From assembly GCA_002269645.1 (NCBI GenBank), contig NIVC01002200.1, forward strand, positions 1 through 64,000: a stretch of DNA of 64,000 nt. The letters are read 5' to 3'. The stretch's first letter is position 1; the number at the start of each line of letters is the position of its first letter. Shown piece after piece: positions 50,431 to 62,770 of this stretch. The DNA is from Macrostomum lignano. Its lineage: Eukaryota. The notes beneath the pieces are model-generated. The model did not search any database and had not been told where the DNA came from. It worked only from the letters and a program-made list of their open reading frames with translations. The translations under genes were made by a program, and so were the position numbers.

Positions 50431-51574
50431 TTTAAAAAATTGCTCTTATAGTGTTAGTTTTTGTTTTTTGTTTTGTTTATTAATTTTTATTTTCATCTTT
50501 GAAAGAACTTCTAAAAATCAAAATTTTAAAGCAGGTTGCTATATTAGGCCTAATATTTCAGCCTGTTCATGTCTAATCTGGCTTTTGACCACTCAATGAC
50601 AAGAACTATATCAATATGACTTGTATTATAAATCTGCTCTTATATCAAGTCAGTAAAAGTCATATAGGAGACAAATATAATGCAATCAATTTTCTCAGTC
50701 AATATCATTTCTCTATTAAAGTTGGCAAGAAAATCAAAAGGCAATAATAATTCAATCCAAATTAATTCTAAGTTTTAATGCAGTCTTATGATGGAAGTCA
50801 TGTTTAATAGTGACACAATTCAGCCAGTCAACTGATATGCTAAATAAAAGCCAGTTGTGATCCAATCTTTCAGACCTTATTAATATATACTAATATATAT
50901 TATAGACTATAGACTTAAGTATATTGTATTTATCTATGTATATGTACTCTTATTTATAATAAGCTTTTGTACACTTACCTTGCAACTTGCTACAGTTTGC
51001 TAAAGTTGCTGGGCAAAAATAATATACATTTTTGTTGCTTATTTTTTAGTGTTTTTTATTATATTTTTTGCGGGTAAATTCTATTTTGTTTGATTTATTT
51101 TATTTAAATATCTGCATATTTGTATTAAATATTGTCCATTTGGTATTTAAAAGCATATATATGAATCCTCAAAATTTCACCTATCCAGTGCAACTTAGTT
51201 TTGCCCAGATTTGGGACTTAGTTCCACCCCATTGTGACTTAGTTCCCCTAATTGCAACTTAATTTTCACTTTGTATATGACTTTTCTTGCCTTTTCTTTT
51301 TTCTTTTCTTTCTTTCTCCTCTTTCTCCCTCCCTCTTCTTCTTTTCTTTTCCTTTTCTTTTCCTCCCCTTTATTCCCTCTCCCAATTTTTGTTTTTTGCA
51401 TTTTTGATTTTGTGACTTACCTTGGCCTGCAGCCATTTTATCTGTCTGGTTTAAACAGGTTAGATGGGTGTTGGGCATGTATATATAAGCATATGGTTAA
51501 ACATCAGTATGCCTTAAATAAGATGGGACAAATTAGGTAATTATTATAGTCTTAATTTAGGTAGAGATTAGACA

Positions 51575-51800
51575 GGAATTTATTTTAATATGGTCACGCC
51601 TTAGGTGGGGATTGGACAGGAATTTATTTTAATACAGTCACACCTTAGGTGGGGATTGGACAGGAATTTATTTTAATACAGTCACACCTTAGGTGGGGAT
51701 TGGACAGGAATTTATTTTAATAGTCACGCCTTAGGTGGGGATTGGACAGGAATTTATTTTAATACAGTCACACCTTAGGTGGAGATTGGACAGGACAGGA
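51575..51800. repeat. About 42-bp tandem repeat upstream of duplicated gene copy A
   Basis: ggtggggattggacaggaatttattttaatacagtcacacctta, about 5 units. Confidence 0.92.
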
Positions 51801-51860
51801 ATTAGGTAAACAGTAAACCCCAATCTGCTTTAGACAAAACTCAATTATGTACCAACTTGA

Positions 51861-52523
51861 ATGGCATTCTACATTGCAGCAATGTCAGACATGGAGCAGC
51901 CACCCAACAACAATAGAGATGATGAGGTCTTAGACAGGCATGGCTCACTGCCACTCGCCTTATTTGGCTACTTACCCGAAGCATCAAAGCTGATTCTGAC
52001 TGACCTACTGAGTGCGCTGCACAGCATTGTCCACAGTGAATCCACTGGAGACATACTCCGTCTTGTTAACCTGACATCCAATGAAGCGATGAGCCTTAGA
52101 GGCGAAGTGCTGTTAGTTAAACTGATGGACCAGCTGGTGACAGTTCAGCAGCTGTACCAGCTGCAGTCAGAGGACTTTGCAGAGCTGCGGTGCTGCCTGC
52201 TGAAACTGCTGCACCTCTGGGAGGAGAATCTTGCAGATCGTTCAAGCAAGCTGATTCGGTTTGCTGACTTCCTGCGGCGCTGCGACCACCTGCGCAGCTT
52301 CGGGTCTGGGTCTCTTGCCGGTCTTGTACACCTGGCAGAGGCCAAGTCTGTGCAGCTGGCACAGCGACTGCAGTCTCCTCTGGGCGACATCAGTAGCAGA
52401 GGAGAATCTCTATTCAAGTTGTACCTGGCTCGGCTTCAGAACCCGGTGTTGGGTCACGATTTTGTAGTCAATATTGGCTTGGTTCAGAACCTGGACTTTC
52501 AGACCATAATGGGCATGAGCGTG
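51861..52523 (+). CDS. Uncharacterised gene, copy A, exon 1 (helical, Leu-rich)
   Basis: Non-repetitive ORF conserved in a second copy at +6412; ends GTG|gtgagt. Confidence 0.8.
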
Positions 52524-52559
52524 GTGAGTGCTATGATGTGCTATGGTGTCATGTGTGAT

Positions 52560-53645
52560 ATACTGCTGTGTGCGAGTGCTGCACTGCTGCTGTGTGCGAG
52601 TGCTGCACTGCTGCTGTGTGAGAGAGTGCTGCTGCACTGCTGCTGTGTGAGAGAGTGCTGCACTGCTGCTGTGTGCGAGTGCTGCACTGCTGCTGTGAGA
52701 GAGTGCTGTACTGCTGCTGTGAGAGAGTGCTGCACTGCTGCTGTGTGCGAGTGCTGCACTGCTGCTGTGAGAGAGTGCTGTACTGCTGCTGTGAGAGAGT
52801 GCTGCATTGCTGCTGTGAGAGAGTGCTGCACTGCTGCTGTGAGAGAGTGCTGCACTGCTGCGGTGTGAGAGTGCTGTACTGCTGCGGTGTGAGAGTGCTG
52901 CACTGCTGCGGTGTGAGAGTGCTGCACTGCTGCTGTGTGAGAGAGTGCTGCTGCACTGCTGCTGTGTGAGAGAGTGCTGCACTGCTGCTGTGTGCGAGTG
53001 CTGCACTGCTGCTGTGAGAGAGTGCTGTACTGCTGCTGTGAGAGAGTGCTGCACTGCTGCTGTGAGAGAGTGCTGCACTGCTGCTGTGAGAGAGTGCTGC
53101 ACTGCTGCTGTGAGAGAGTGCTGCACTGCTGCTGTGAGAGAGTGCTGCACTGCTGCTGTGAGAGAGTGCTGCACTGCTGCTGTGAGAGAGTGCTGCACTG
53201 CTGCTGTGAGAGAGTGCTGTACTGCTGCTGTGAGAGAGTGCTGCACTGCTGCTGTGTGAGGGTGCTGCACTGCTGTGAGAGAGTGCTGTACTGCTGCTGT
53301 GAGAGAGTGCTGCACTGCTGCGGTGTGAGAGTGCTGTACTGCTGCGGTGTGAGAGTGCTGCACTGCTGCGGTGTGAGAGTGCTGCACTGCTGCTGTGTGA
53401 GAGTGCTGCACTGCTGCTGTGTGAGAGTGCTGCACTGCTGCTGTGTGCGAGTGCTGCACTGCTGCTGTGTGAGAGAGTGCTGTACTGCTGCTGTGAGAGA
53501 GTGCTGCACTGCTGCTGTGAGAGAGTGCTGCACTGCTGCTGTGAGAGAGTGCTGCACTGCTGCTATGATAAAGTGCTGCACTGCTGCTGTGTGAGGGTGC
53601 TGCACTGCTGCTATGATAAAGTGCTGCACTGCTGCTGTGTGAGGA
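52560..53645. repeat. About 24-bp CTG-rich minisatellite (gtgctgcactgctgctgtgagaga), copy A intron 1
   Basis: Direct tandem repeat; explains the CCTAAVRE / VLHCCCER ORFs. Confidence 0.97.
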
Positions 53646-53697
53646 TGCTGCTAAGCTATTACATTACGTTTTATACAACTTCCATGTCACATGTCAG

Positions 53698-54063
53698 GAC
53701 CAGCTGGTGCAGCACATCAGCAGGCAGGCTGTCAACCAAGTTCGCGGCTTTCTCGTTGGATCGATCGACAGAAATCGTCTGGAACTGGCGGCCGTCATTC
53801 TGTTCGAGCTGCTCAAAGATGCAAATCCGTCCAACTTCGCGCCGCCGCCAGCGCAGCCGACTGGCCTGACGCTTCGCCGCGCCGCTGTGCGCATCTGCGC
53901 TAGCGGAGCCGTCAGTTTGGCGGACTTGGACCCGCAGTTGGGCAAATTCATTGCCTGTGCGGAGCCCGCCAGCGTGGAGCTCATTCCCTACGATGTCTGC
54001 TTTGAGACTGACTGGACCTTCGCTGCAGATGATGGATTTTGCTACTCTGATTGGGTGATGTCG
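53698..54063 (+). CDS. Uncharacterised gene, copy A, exon 2
   Basis: atgtcag|DQLVQHISRQ...PYDVCFETDW...VMS|gtgaga, phase 0; the donor could alternatively be at 54054. Confidence 0.7.
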
Positions 54064-54287
54064 GTGAGACCTGCTGGACATTTGGATTGGGGATGCTTGG
54101 AATTGGAAATGGGGATTCTTTAAACAGGGATTGCTGAAGAAGTCTGGATTATGATTTTGGAATCGAGATTGGGGATTGATTCTGGCAATGTGAATTATGG
54201 AATGGATATTGTAAGAGTACGGCTAGGGATCAAATCCCAGTAAGGTTAAGGCACTTGGATTCGAAGCCAGTAAATATCGGCCCGCAG

Positions 54288-54713
54288 CAGCTACTGGAGC
54301 AGCAGCTTCATCAAACGATTTTCCTATTTGTGCTGGACGAGCCGCTGTTCGAGGAGCTGCGCCGTGAAGGCAGCCACGCCAGGTCCCTGCTGCAGCGCTG
54401 CTTGGGCACCCGCAGGCCGCTGTTCTTCGTGTACCGCGACTGCGACCTCATCTTTGACGGGCTGCTGGAGCTCGGGAACAGCCTTCAGTCGGGCCTGTTC
54501 AAGCGGTCCGACATCGATTCGTTCCGCTTTCCTGGACAGACGGTTTGCCTGTCTGAAACCACGTCAACAGTTGGATGTTCCCGGTTTTGCCCGCTCCGCA
54601 TCGGCTGGCCAGCTGGCCGTCGCAACGAATCGGCGATGCGTCGGAGAGCCGAAATTGTTACCATGCAGAATCTGATAAGCTGTTTAAGTCGTTTAGACGC
54701 TGCGATGGAATAA
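54288..54713 (+). CDS. Uncharacterised gene, copy A, exon 3
   Basis: cccgcag|QLLEQQLHQTIFLFVLDEPLFEEL...RPLFFVYRD...; conserved in copy B; acceptor inferred from phase. Confidence 0.7.
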   Translation, partial: QLLEQQLHQTIFLFVLDEPLFEELRREGSHARSLLQRCLGTRRPLFFVYRDCDLIFDGLLELGNSLQSGLFKRSDIDSFRFPGQTVCLSETTSTVGCSRFCPLRIGWPAGRRNESAMRRRAEIVTMQNLISCLSRLDAAME

Positions 54714-54829
54714 AAGCAACTTGAGAATTGGTTGCTTTTTGGGCAACTTCGATTGATTGGCTGTGATGGCGTTGGCAGATGCTTTGCTGGGAGAGTGGCA
54801 TGTGGCCCGGGTGACACGAGGCAAATTAG

Positions 54830-55735
54830 AGGATATGTGACCTTGAGTACCTGTGACCCGGATGACATGAGGTAGGGATGATATGTGACCCGGATGACAT
54901 GAGGTAGGGATGATATGTGGCCCAGATGACATGAGGTAGGGATGATATGTGGCCCAGATGACATGAGGTAGGGATGATATGTGGCCCAGATGACATGAGG
55001 CAAGGATGATATGTGGCCCAGATGACATGAGGTAGGGATGATATGTGGCCCAGATGACATGAGGCAAGGATGATATGTGGCCCAGATGACATGAGGTAGG
55101 GATGATATGTGGCCCAGATGACATGAGGCAAGGATGATATGTGGCCCAGATGACATGAGGCAAGGATGATATGTGGCCCAGATGACATGAGGTAGGGATG
55201 ATATGTGGCCCAGATGACATGAGGCAAGGATGATATGTGGCCCAGATGACATGAGGCAAGGATGATATGTGGCCCAGATGACATGAGGTAGGGATGATAT
55301 GTGGCCCAGATGACATGAGGCAAGGATGATATGTGGCCCAGATGACATGAGGTAGGGATGATATGTGACCCTGATGACATGAGGCAAGGATGATATGTGG
55401 CCCAGATGACATGAGGCAAGGATGATATGTGGCCCAGATGACATGAGGTAGGGATGATATGTGGCCCAGATGACATGAGGTAGGGATGATATGTGGCCCA
55501 GATGACATGAGGCAAGGATGATATGTGGCCCAGATGACATGAGGTAGGGATGATATGTGGCCCAGATGACATGAGGTAGGGATGATATGTGGCCCAGATG
55601 ACATGAGGCAAGGATGATATGTGGCCCAGATGACATGAGGTAGGGATGATATGTGGCCCAGATGACATGAGGTAGGGATGATATGTGGCCCAGATGACAT
55701 GAGGTAGGGATGATATGTGACCCTGATGACATTAG
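54830..55735. repeat. 32-bp minisatellite (gatgacatgaggtagggatgatatgtggccca)
   Basis: Direct tandem repeat; explains ORFs 54485-55808. Confidence 0.98.
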
Positions 55736-56346
55736 ACAAGTTCCAGTCTTGAGACGGCAAGTTCACATCTGGAGAACAATCCTCCCACTCAGCAGCAATG
55801 GAGAACATCTAGAGAACAAGTTCCAGTTGCAAGAATGACCCCACCTGGAGAACAATGTAGTTTATAGAATCAGTATTTTTGGGCCACGGCCTTTTCTATT
55901 TCTAGAGCTTCTTTCTGTCTTTAATCAAATAAAGAACTTTGGTGCTGCAATGAAATTTTTAACCAGTTTTTCTGTGTGCAATATATTCTCTCGTTGATCG
56001 CTCTGTGCAGTATCACATATACTGGGCGCCTTTTCATATTCCAGGATGATGCAATAACTTAGTGTCTAATCTATCCAGTCATCTAGTTCTTTATTGATTC
56101 ATATTTTATTGCTTTATTGATCATCGAATTTAAGTCTGAGTGCTTTTTTCTGTCTTCCCGTTTCAGTTATTGTATTCCAGAGTTTGTTTTCACGGATAGA
56201 CAAATTGTCTTTTTTAATAGGAATTAGTGCTAGTATCCGGTTCTTGGTGTCAATAATGCTGAATTATTTGCTTGGTTTCCAGTTTGAAGACATTCAGGGT
56301 GTTATAGGTTAATTATGTCCGAATTAATAATATCAGATGGTAACAC

Positions 56347-56950
56347 CTCAGTATCCGCTCCCTGCATCAGTATCCGCTCCCTGCATCAGTATCCGCTCCC
56401 TGTATCAGTATCCGCTCCCTGCATCAGTATCCGCTCCCTGCATCAGTATCCGCTCCCTGCATCAGTATCCGCTCCCTGCATCAGTATCCGCCCCCTGCAT
56501 CAGTATCCGCTCCCTGTATCAGTATCCGCTCCCTGTATCAGTATCCGCTCCTGCATCAGTATCCGCTCCCTGCATCAGTATCCGCTCCCTGCATCAGTAT
56601 CCGCTCCCTGTATCAGTATCCGCTCCCTGTATCAGTATCCGCTCCCTGCATCAGTATCCGCTCCCTGCATCAGTATCCGCTCCCTGCATCAGTATCCGCT
56701 CCCTGCATCAGTATCCGCTCCCTGTATCAGTATCCGCTCCCTGTATCAGTATCCGCTCCCTGCATCAGTATCCGCTCCTGCATCAGTATCCGCTCCCTGT
56801 ATCAGTATCCGCTCCTGCATCAGTATCCGCTCCCTGCATCAGTATCCGCTCCCTGTATCAGTATCCGCTCCCTGCATCAGTATCCGCTCCCTGCATCAGT
56901 ATCCGCTCCCTGTATCAATATCTGTTCCTTACCTCAGTATCCGCTCCCTA
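56347..56950. repeat. 19-bp minisatellite (cagtatccgctccctgcat)
   Basis: Direct tandem repeat. Confidence 0.98.
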
Positions 56951-57465
56951 TGGCCGATGATCTAGCCTTTATCTGTTGCCTCAACATAGGCGAATTCATT
57001 TCTATATTGTACTCGTAAGCACCTTTTATGCCTTGCTCATAGTCCGAATTGGTTCGGAGACTTAAAAAAGTTTGGTACTTATTACCTTGCAGCTTAAATT
57101 CGTTGATTTTGTTTTCAATTGTTTTTAGATTTTGTATATAAAGTATTTATAATGGTATGAGACCTTGTTAGCGTATATTCGTATGTCTAGATTTAACTGA
57201 ATTGTATTCACCCATGTACATATACTTGTGACAGGCTTTTGTACACGTTTACTTCGCAATTCGCTGCTGAATAGTCGCTGCGCAAACGCAGTATACAGTT
57301 TTTTGGTTGCTAATTTTCCAACGATGTTTTACATTTTTGCAGGTAAATTCTATTTGGCTTGATTTATTTCATTTAAATATCTACATAGCTGTGTTAAATA
57401 TTGTCCACGTGGTTTTTGATTACAAGCATATAGTTGAACGTCAACGTTGACCTTAGGTTATGGTC

Positions 57466-58200
57466 GGACAGGAATTAGGTAAATACAGTCCCACTTTAGG
57501 TAGATATCGGACAGGAATTAGGTAAATACAGTCCCACTTTAGGTAGATATCGGACAGGAATTAGGTAAATACAGTCCCACTTTAGGTAGATATCGGACAG
57601 GAATTAGGTAAATACAGTCCCACTTTAGGTAGATATCGGACAGGAATTAGGTAAATACAGTCCCACTTTAGGTAGATATCGGACAGGAATTAGGTAAATA
57701 CAGTCCCACTTTAGGTAGATATCGGACAGGAATTAGGTAAATACAGTCCCACTTTAGGTAGATATCGGACAGGAATTAGGTAAATACAGTCCCACTTTAG
57801 GTAGATATCGGACAGGAATTAGGTAAATACAGTCCCACTTTAGGTAGATATCGGACAGGAATTAGGTAAATACAGTCCCACTTTAGGTAGATATCGGACA
57901 GGAATTAGGTAAATACAGTCCCACTTTAGGTAGATATCGGACAGGAATTAGGTAAATACAGTCCCACTTTAGGTAGATATCGGACAGGAATTAGGTAAAT
58001 ACAGTCCCACTTTAGGTAGATATCGGACAGGAATTAGGTAAATGCAGTCCCACTTTAGGTGGGGATTGGACAGGAGTTTATTTTAATATGGTCACGCCTT
58101 AGGTGGGGATTGGACAGGAATTTATTTTAATATGGTCACGCCTTAGGTGGGGATTGGACAGGAATTTATTTTAATACAGTCATGCCTTAGGTGGAGATCG
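57466..58200. repeat. 43-bp tandem array upstream of copy B (13 apparently identical units, then 42-bp-type units)
   Basis: ggacaggaattaggtaaatacagtcccactttaggtagatatc x13 (57466-58024); no spacers. Confidence 0.97.
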
Positions 58201-58272
58201 GACAGGACAGGAATTATGTAAACAGTAAACCCCAATCTGCTTTAGACAAAACTCAATTATGTACCAACTTGA

Positions 58273-58935
58273 ATGGCATTCTACATTGATGCAATGTCAG
58301 ACATGGAGCAGCCACTCAACAACAATAGAGATGATGAGGTCTTAGACAGGCATGGCTCACTGCCACTCGCCTTATTTGGCTACTTACCAGAAGCATCAAA
58401 GCTGATTCTGACTGACCTACTGAGTGCGCTGCACAGCATTGTCCACAGTGAATCCACTGGAGACATACTCCGTCTTGTTAACCTGACATCCAATGAAGCG
58501 ATGAGCCTTAGAGGCGAAGTGCTGTTAGTTAAACTGATGGACCAGCTGGTGACAGTTCAGCAGCTGTACCAGCTGCAGCCAGAGGACTTTGCAGAGCTGC
58601 GGTGCTGCCTGCTGAAACTGCTGCACCTCTGGGAGGAGAATCTTGCAGATCGTTCAAGCAAGCTGATTCGGTTTGCTGACTTCCTGCGGCGCTGCGACCA
58701 CCTGCGCAGCTTCGGGTCTGGGTCTCTTGCCGGTCTTGTACACCTGGCAGAGGCCAAGTCTGTGCAGCTGGCACGGCGACTGCAGTCTCCTCTGGGCGAC
58801 ATCAGTAGCAGAGGAGAATCTCTATTCAAGTTGTACCTGGCTCGGCTTCAGAACCCGGTGTTGGGTCACGATTTTGTAGTCAACATTGGCTTGGTTCAGA
58901 ACCTGGACTTTCAGACCATAATGGGCATGAGCGTG
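58273..58935 (+). CDS. Uncharacterised gene, copy B, exon 1
   Basis: About 7 nt differences from copy A exon 1 by eye; same donor. Confidence 0.8.
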
Positions 58936-58974
58936 GTGAGTGCTATGATGTGCTATGGTGTCATGTGTGATATG

Positions 58975-60205
58975 CTGCTGTGTGCGAGTGCTGCACTGCT
59001 GCTGTGTGTGAGTGCTGCACTGCTGTGAGAGAGTGCTGCACTGCTGCTGTGAGAGAGTGCTGCACTGCTGCTGTGAGAGAGTGCTGCACTGCTGCTGTGT
59101 GAGAGTGCTGCACTGCTGCTGTGTGAGAGTGCTGCACTGCTGCTGCGATAAAGTGCTGCACTGCTGTGTGAGAGTGCTGCACTGCTGCTGTGAGAGAGTG
59201 CTGCACTGCTGCTGTGAGAGAGTGCTGCACTGCTGCTGTGTGAGAGTGCTGCACTGCTGCTGCGATAAAGTGCTGCACTGCTGTGAGAGATTGCTGCACT
59301 GCTGTGAGAGATTGCTGCACTGCTGTGAGAGATTGCTGCACTGCTGTGAGATATTGCTGCACTGCTGTGAGAGAGTGCTGCACTGCTGCTGTGAGAGAGT
59401 GCTGCACTGCTGTGAGAGAGTGCTGCACTGCTGCTGTGAGAGAGTGCTGCACTGCTGCTGTTATAAAGTGCTGCACTGCTGCTGTTATAAAGTGCTGCAC
59501 TGCTGTGAGAGAGTGCTGCACTGCTGTGAGAGAGTGCTGCACTGCTGCTGTGAGAGAGTGCTGCACTGCTGTGAGAGATTGCTGCACTGCTGCTGCGATC
59601 AAGTGCTGCACTGCTGTGATAAAGTGCTGCACTGCTGTGAGAGAGTGCTGCACTGCTGTGAGAGAGTGCTGCACTGCTGCTGTGAGAGAGTGCTGCACTG
59701 CTGCTGTTATAAAGTGCTGCACTGCTGTGAGAGAGTGCTGCACTGCTGCTGTGTGAGAGTGCTGCACTGCTGCTGTGAGAGTGCTGCACTGCTGTGATAA
59801 AGTGCTGCACTGCTGCTGTGAGAGAGTGCTGCACTGCTGTGAGAGAGTGCTGCACTGCTGTGAGAGAGTGCTGCACTGCTGCTGTGAGAGAGTGCTGCAC
59901 TGCTGTGAGAGAGTGCTGCACTGCTGCTGTGAGAGAGTGCTGCACTGCTGCTGTTATAAAGTGCTGCACTGCTGTGAGAGAGTGCTGCACTGCTGCTGTG
60001 TGAGAGTGCTGCACTGCTGCTGTGAGAGTGCTGCACTGCTGTGATAAAGTGCTGCACTGCTGCTGTGAGAGAGTGCTGCACTGCTGTGAGAGAGTGCTGC
60101 ACTGCTGTGAGAGAGTGCTGCACTGCTGCTGTGTGAGAGTGCTGCACTGCTGTGAGAGAGTGCTGCACTGCTGTGTGAGAGTGCTGCACTGCTGTGAGAG
60201 AGTGC
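58975..60205. repeat. CTG-rich minisatellite, copy B intron 1
   Basis: Same family as 52560-53645 with different unit variants (tgataaa, gagatt). Confidence 0.97.
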
Positions 60206-60279
60206 GGCACTGCGTTCAAGCTACTTACAAGTTCACCGCTCCCCTGCTAATAACTTGTAATAACCATGTCACATGTCAG

Positions 60280-60699
60280 GACCAGCTGGTGCAGCACATC
60301 AGCAGGCAGGCTGGCAACCAAGTTCGCAGCTTTCTTGTCGGATTGATCGACAGAAATCGTCTGGAACTGGCGGCCGTCATTCTGTTCGAGCTGCTCGAAG
60401 AAGAGCCCCCATATCGCAGGTCGCCGCTGAGTCCGCTACGCCGGCTGCTGCACAGCTTGGCTGGCCGGCTGGCAGGCCGGGGCAGCGCAGCGCAGCCGGC
60501 TGGTCTGACGCTTCGCCGCGCCGCTGTGCGCATCTGCGCTAGCGGAGCCGTCAGTTTGGGGGACTTGGACCCGCAGTTGGGCAAATTCATTGCCTGTGCG
60601 GAGCCCGCCAGCGTGGAGCTCATTCCCTACGATGTCTGCTTTGAGACCGACTGGAAATGTTCGCCTGGGCCAAGTGCTTACGCTGACGGTGTTACGCAG
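60280..60699 (+). CDS. Uncharacterised gene, copy B, exon 2
   Basis: atgtcag|DQLVQH...GVTQ|gtgagg; 420 nt, phase 0. Confidence 0.75.
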
Positions 60700-60799
60700 G
60701 TGAGGGCTTTGCAATGCTGCTATTGGCATTAAACAGGTTCCGGCTTTGTCTGCAGCTTATACTTACTCGTTTGAAGAAATATGCTGCTGGGAATCGTCA

Positions 60800-61060
60800 T
60801 TAGTGATGATGGAAATCGGGATTGGAGATGCTGGGAATCCGGATTGGGGATGCTGGGAATCGGGATTGGGGATGCTGGGAATCGGGATTGGGGATGCTGG
60901 GAATCGGGATTGGTGAGATCGGGGATGCTGGGAATCGGGATTGGGGATGCTGGGAATCGGGATTGGGGATGCTGGGAATCAGGATTGGGGATGCTGGGAA
61001 CCGGGATTGGGGATGCTGGGAATCGGGATTGGGGATGCTGGGAATCAGTATTGGGAATTT
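60800..61060. repeat. 21-bp minisatellite (gggatgctgggaatcgggatt), copy B intron 2
   Basis: Direct tandem repeat. Confidence 0.95.
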
Positions 61061-61194
61061 TCATCGGAATACTGATGATGACAGGTGATTCTGAGAATGT
61101 GGATAATGGAAAGTGTATTGGGAATACGGATAGGGATAAAATCCCAGTAAGGTTAAGGCACTTGGATTCGAAGCCAGTAAATATCGGCCCGCAG

Positions 61195-61563
61195 CAGCTA
61201 CTGGAGCAGCAGCTTCATCAAACCATTTTCCTATTTGTGCTGGACGAGCCGCTGTTCGAGGAGCTGCGCCGTGAAGGCAGCCACGCCAGGTCCCTGCTGC
61301 AGCACTGCTTGGGCACCCGCAGGCCGCTGTTCTTCGTGTACCGCGACTGCGACCTCATCTTTGACGGGCTGCTGGAGCTCGGGAACAGCCTTCAGCCGGG
61401 CCTGTTCCAGCGGCCCGACATCGACTCGTTCCGCTTTCCCGGCAGACGCAGCTTGCTTGACATCCTGTTTAGGTTCGGCTTCAGCTTTGGTAAGGCCGAC
61501 CTTGTTACTATGCAGAATTTGCTGCGCTATTTGCGACACTTTGATCGCTCAGTTGGGGCTTAG
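61195..61563 (+). CDS. Uncharacterised gene, copy B, exon 3
   Basis: cccgcag|QLLEQQ...FRFPGRRSLL...VTMQNLLRYLRHFDRSVGA*. Confidence 0.72.
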   Translation, partial: QLLEQQLHQTIFLFVLDEPLFEELRREGSHARSLLQHCLGTRRPLFFVYRDCDLIFDGLLELGNSLQPGLFQRPDIDSFRFPGRRSLLDILFRFGFSFGKADLVTMQNLLRYLRHFDRSVGA

Positions 61564-61629
61564 GAATACTGACATGGATTGGAGTAAGTTTGATTGTAGT
61601 GACATTGCTGATTAGTTCCCTAGATGTCT

Positions 61630-62770
61630 AATTAGTTATCTGGAGGGCTCATTAGTTACCTGGGAGGCTGATTAGTTACCTGGATAGCTAATTAGTTACC
61701 TGGATAGCTAATTAGTTACCTGGATAGCTGATTAGTTACCTGGATAGCTGATTAGTTACCTGGATAGCTGATTAGTTTCCTGGATAGCTGATTAGTTACC
61801 TGGATAGCTGATTAGTTACCTGGATAGCTGATTAGTTACCTGGATAGCTGATTAGTTACCTGGATAGCTGATTAGTTACCTGGATAGCTGATTAGTTACC
61901 TGGATAGCTGATTAGTTACCTGGATAGCTGATTAGTTACCTGGATAGCTGATTAGTTACCTGGATAGCTGATTAGTTACCTGGATAGCTAATTAGTTACC
62001 TGGATAGCTGATTAGTTACCTGGATAGCTAATTAGTTACCTGGATAGCTGATTAGTTTCCTGGATAGCTAATTAGTTACCTGGATAGCAGCTGATTAGTT
62101 ACCTGGATAGCTGATTAGTCACCTGGATAGCTGATTAGTTACCTGGATAGCTGATTAGTTACCTGGATAGCTGATTAGTTACCTGGATAGCTAATTAGTT
62201 ACCTGGATAGCTGATTAGTTACCTGGATAGCTGATTAGTCACCTGGATAGCTGATTAGTTACCTGGATAGCTGATTAGTTACCTGGATAGCTGATTAGTT
62301 ACCTGGATAGCTGATTAGTTACCTGGATAGCTAATTAGTTACCTGGATAGCTGATTAGTCACCTGGATAGCTGATTAGTTACCTGGATAGCTGATTAGTT
62401 ACCTGGATAGCTAATTAGTTACCTGGATAGCTGATTAGTTACCTGGATAGCTGATTAGTTACCTGGATAGCTAATTAGTTACCTGGATAGCTGATTAGTT
62501 TCCTGGATAGCTAATTAGTTACCTGGATAGCAGCTGATTAGTTACCTGGATAGCTGATTAGTTACCTGGATAGCTGATTAGTTACCTGGATAGCTGATTA
62601 GTTTCCTGGATAGCTAATTAGTTACCTGGATAGCAGCTGATTAGTTACCTGGATAGGTGATTAGTTACCTGGATAGCTGATTAGTTTCCTGGATAGCTGA
62701 TTAGTTACCTGGATAGCTGATTAGTTACCTGGATAGCTGATTAGTTTCCTGGATAGCTAATTAGTTAGCT
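61630..62770. repeat. 20-bp minisatellite (attagttacctggatagctg)
   Basis: Direct tandem repeat. Confidence 0.98.

Noticed and set aside
52524-52868. Metallothionein-like Cys-rich C-terminus of ORF 51861-52868 (and ORFs to 60219)
   Set aside because: Read-through past a strong GTG|gtgagt donor into a CTG-rich minisatellite; the extension differs between copies while the spliced exons are conserved.
54485-56965. His/Ser-rich repeat ORFs
   Set aside because: 32-bp and 19-bp arrays; periodicity equals three units.
55890-57130. Possible decayed retrotransposon ORF on the minus strand
   Set aside because: A-rich coding-like texture but many stops and no recognisable RT or endonuclease motif.
57466-58024. 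CRISPR-like or iteron array (43-bp identical units)
   Set aside because: No spacers; derived from the adjacent 42-bp repeat that is also present before copy A.
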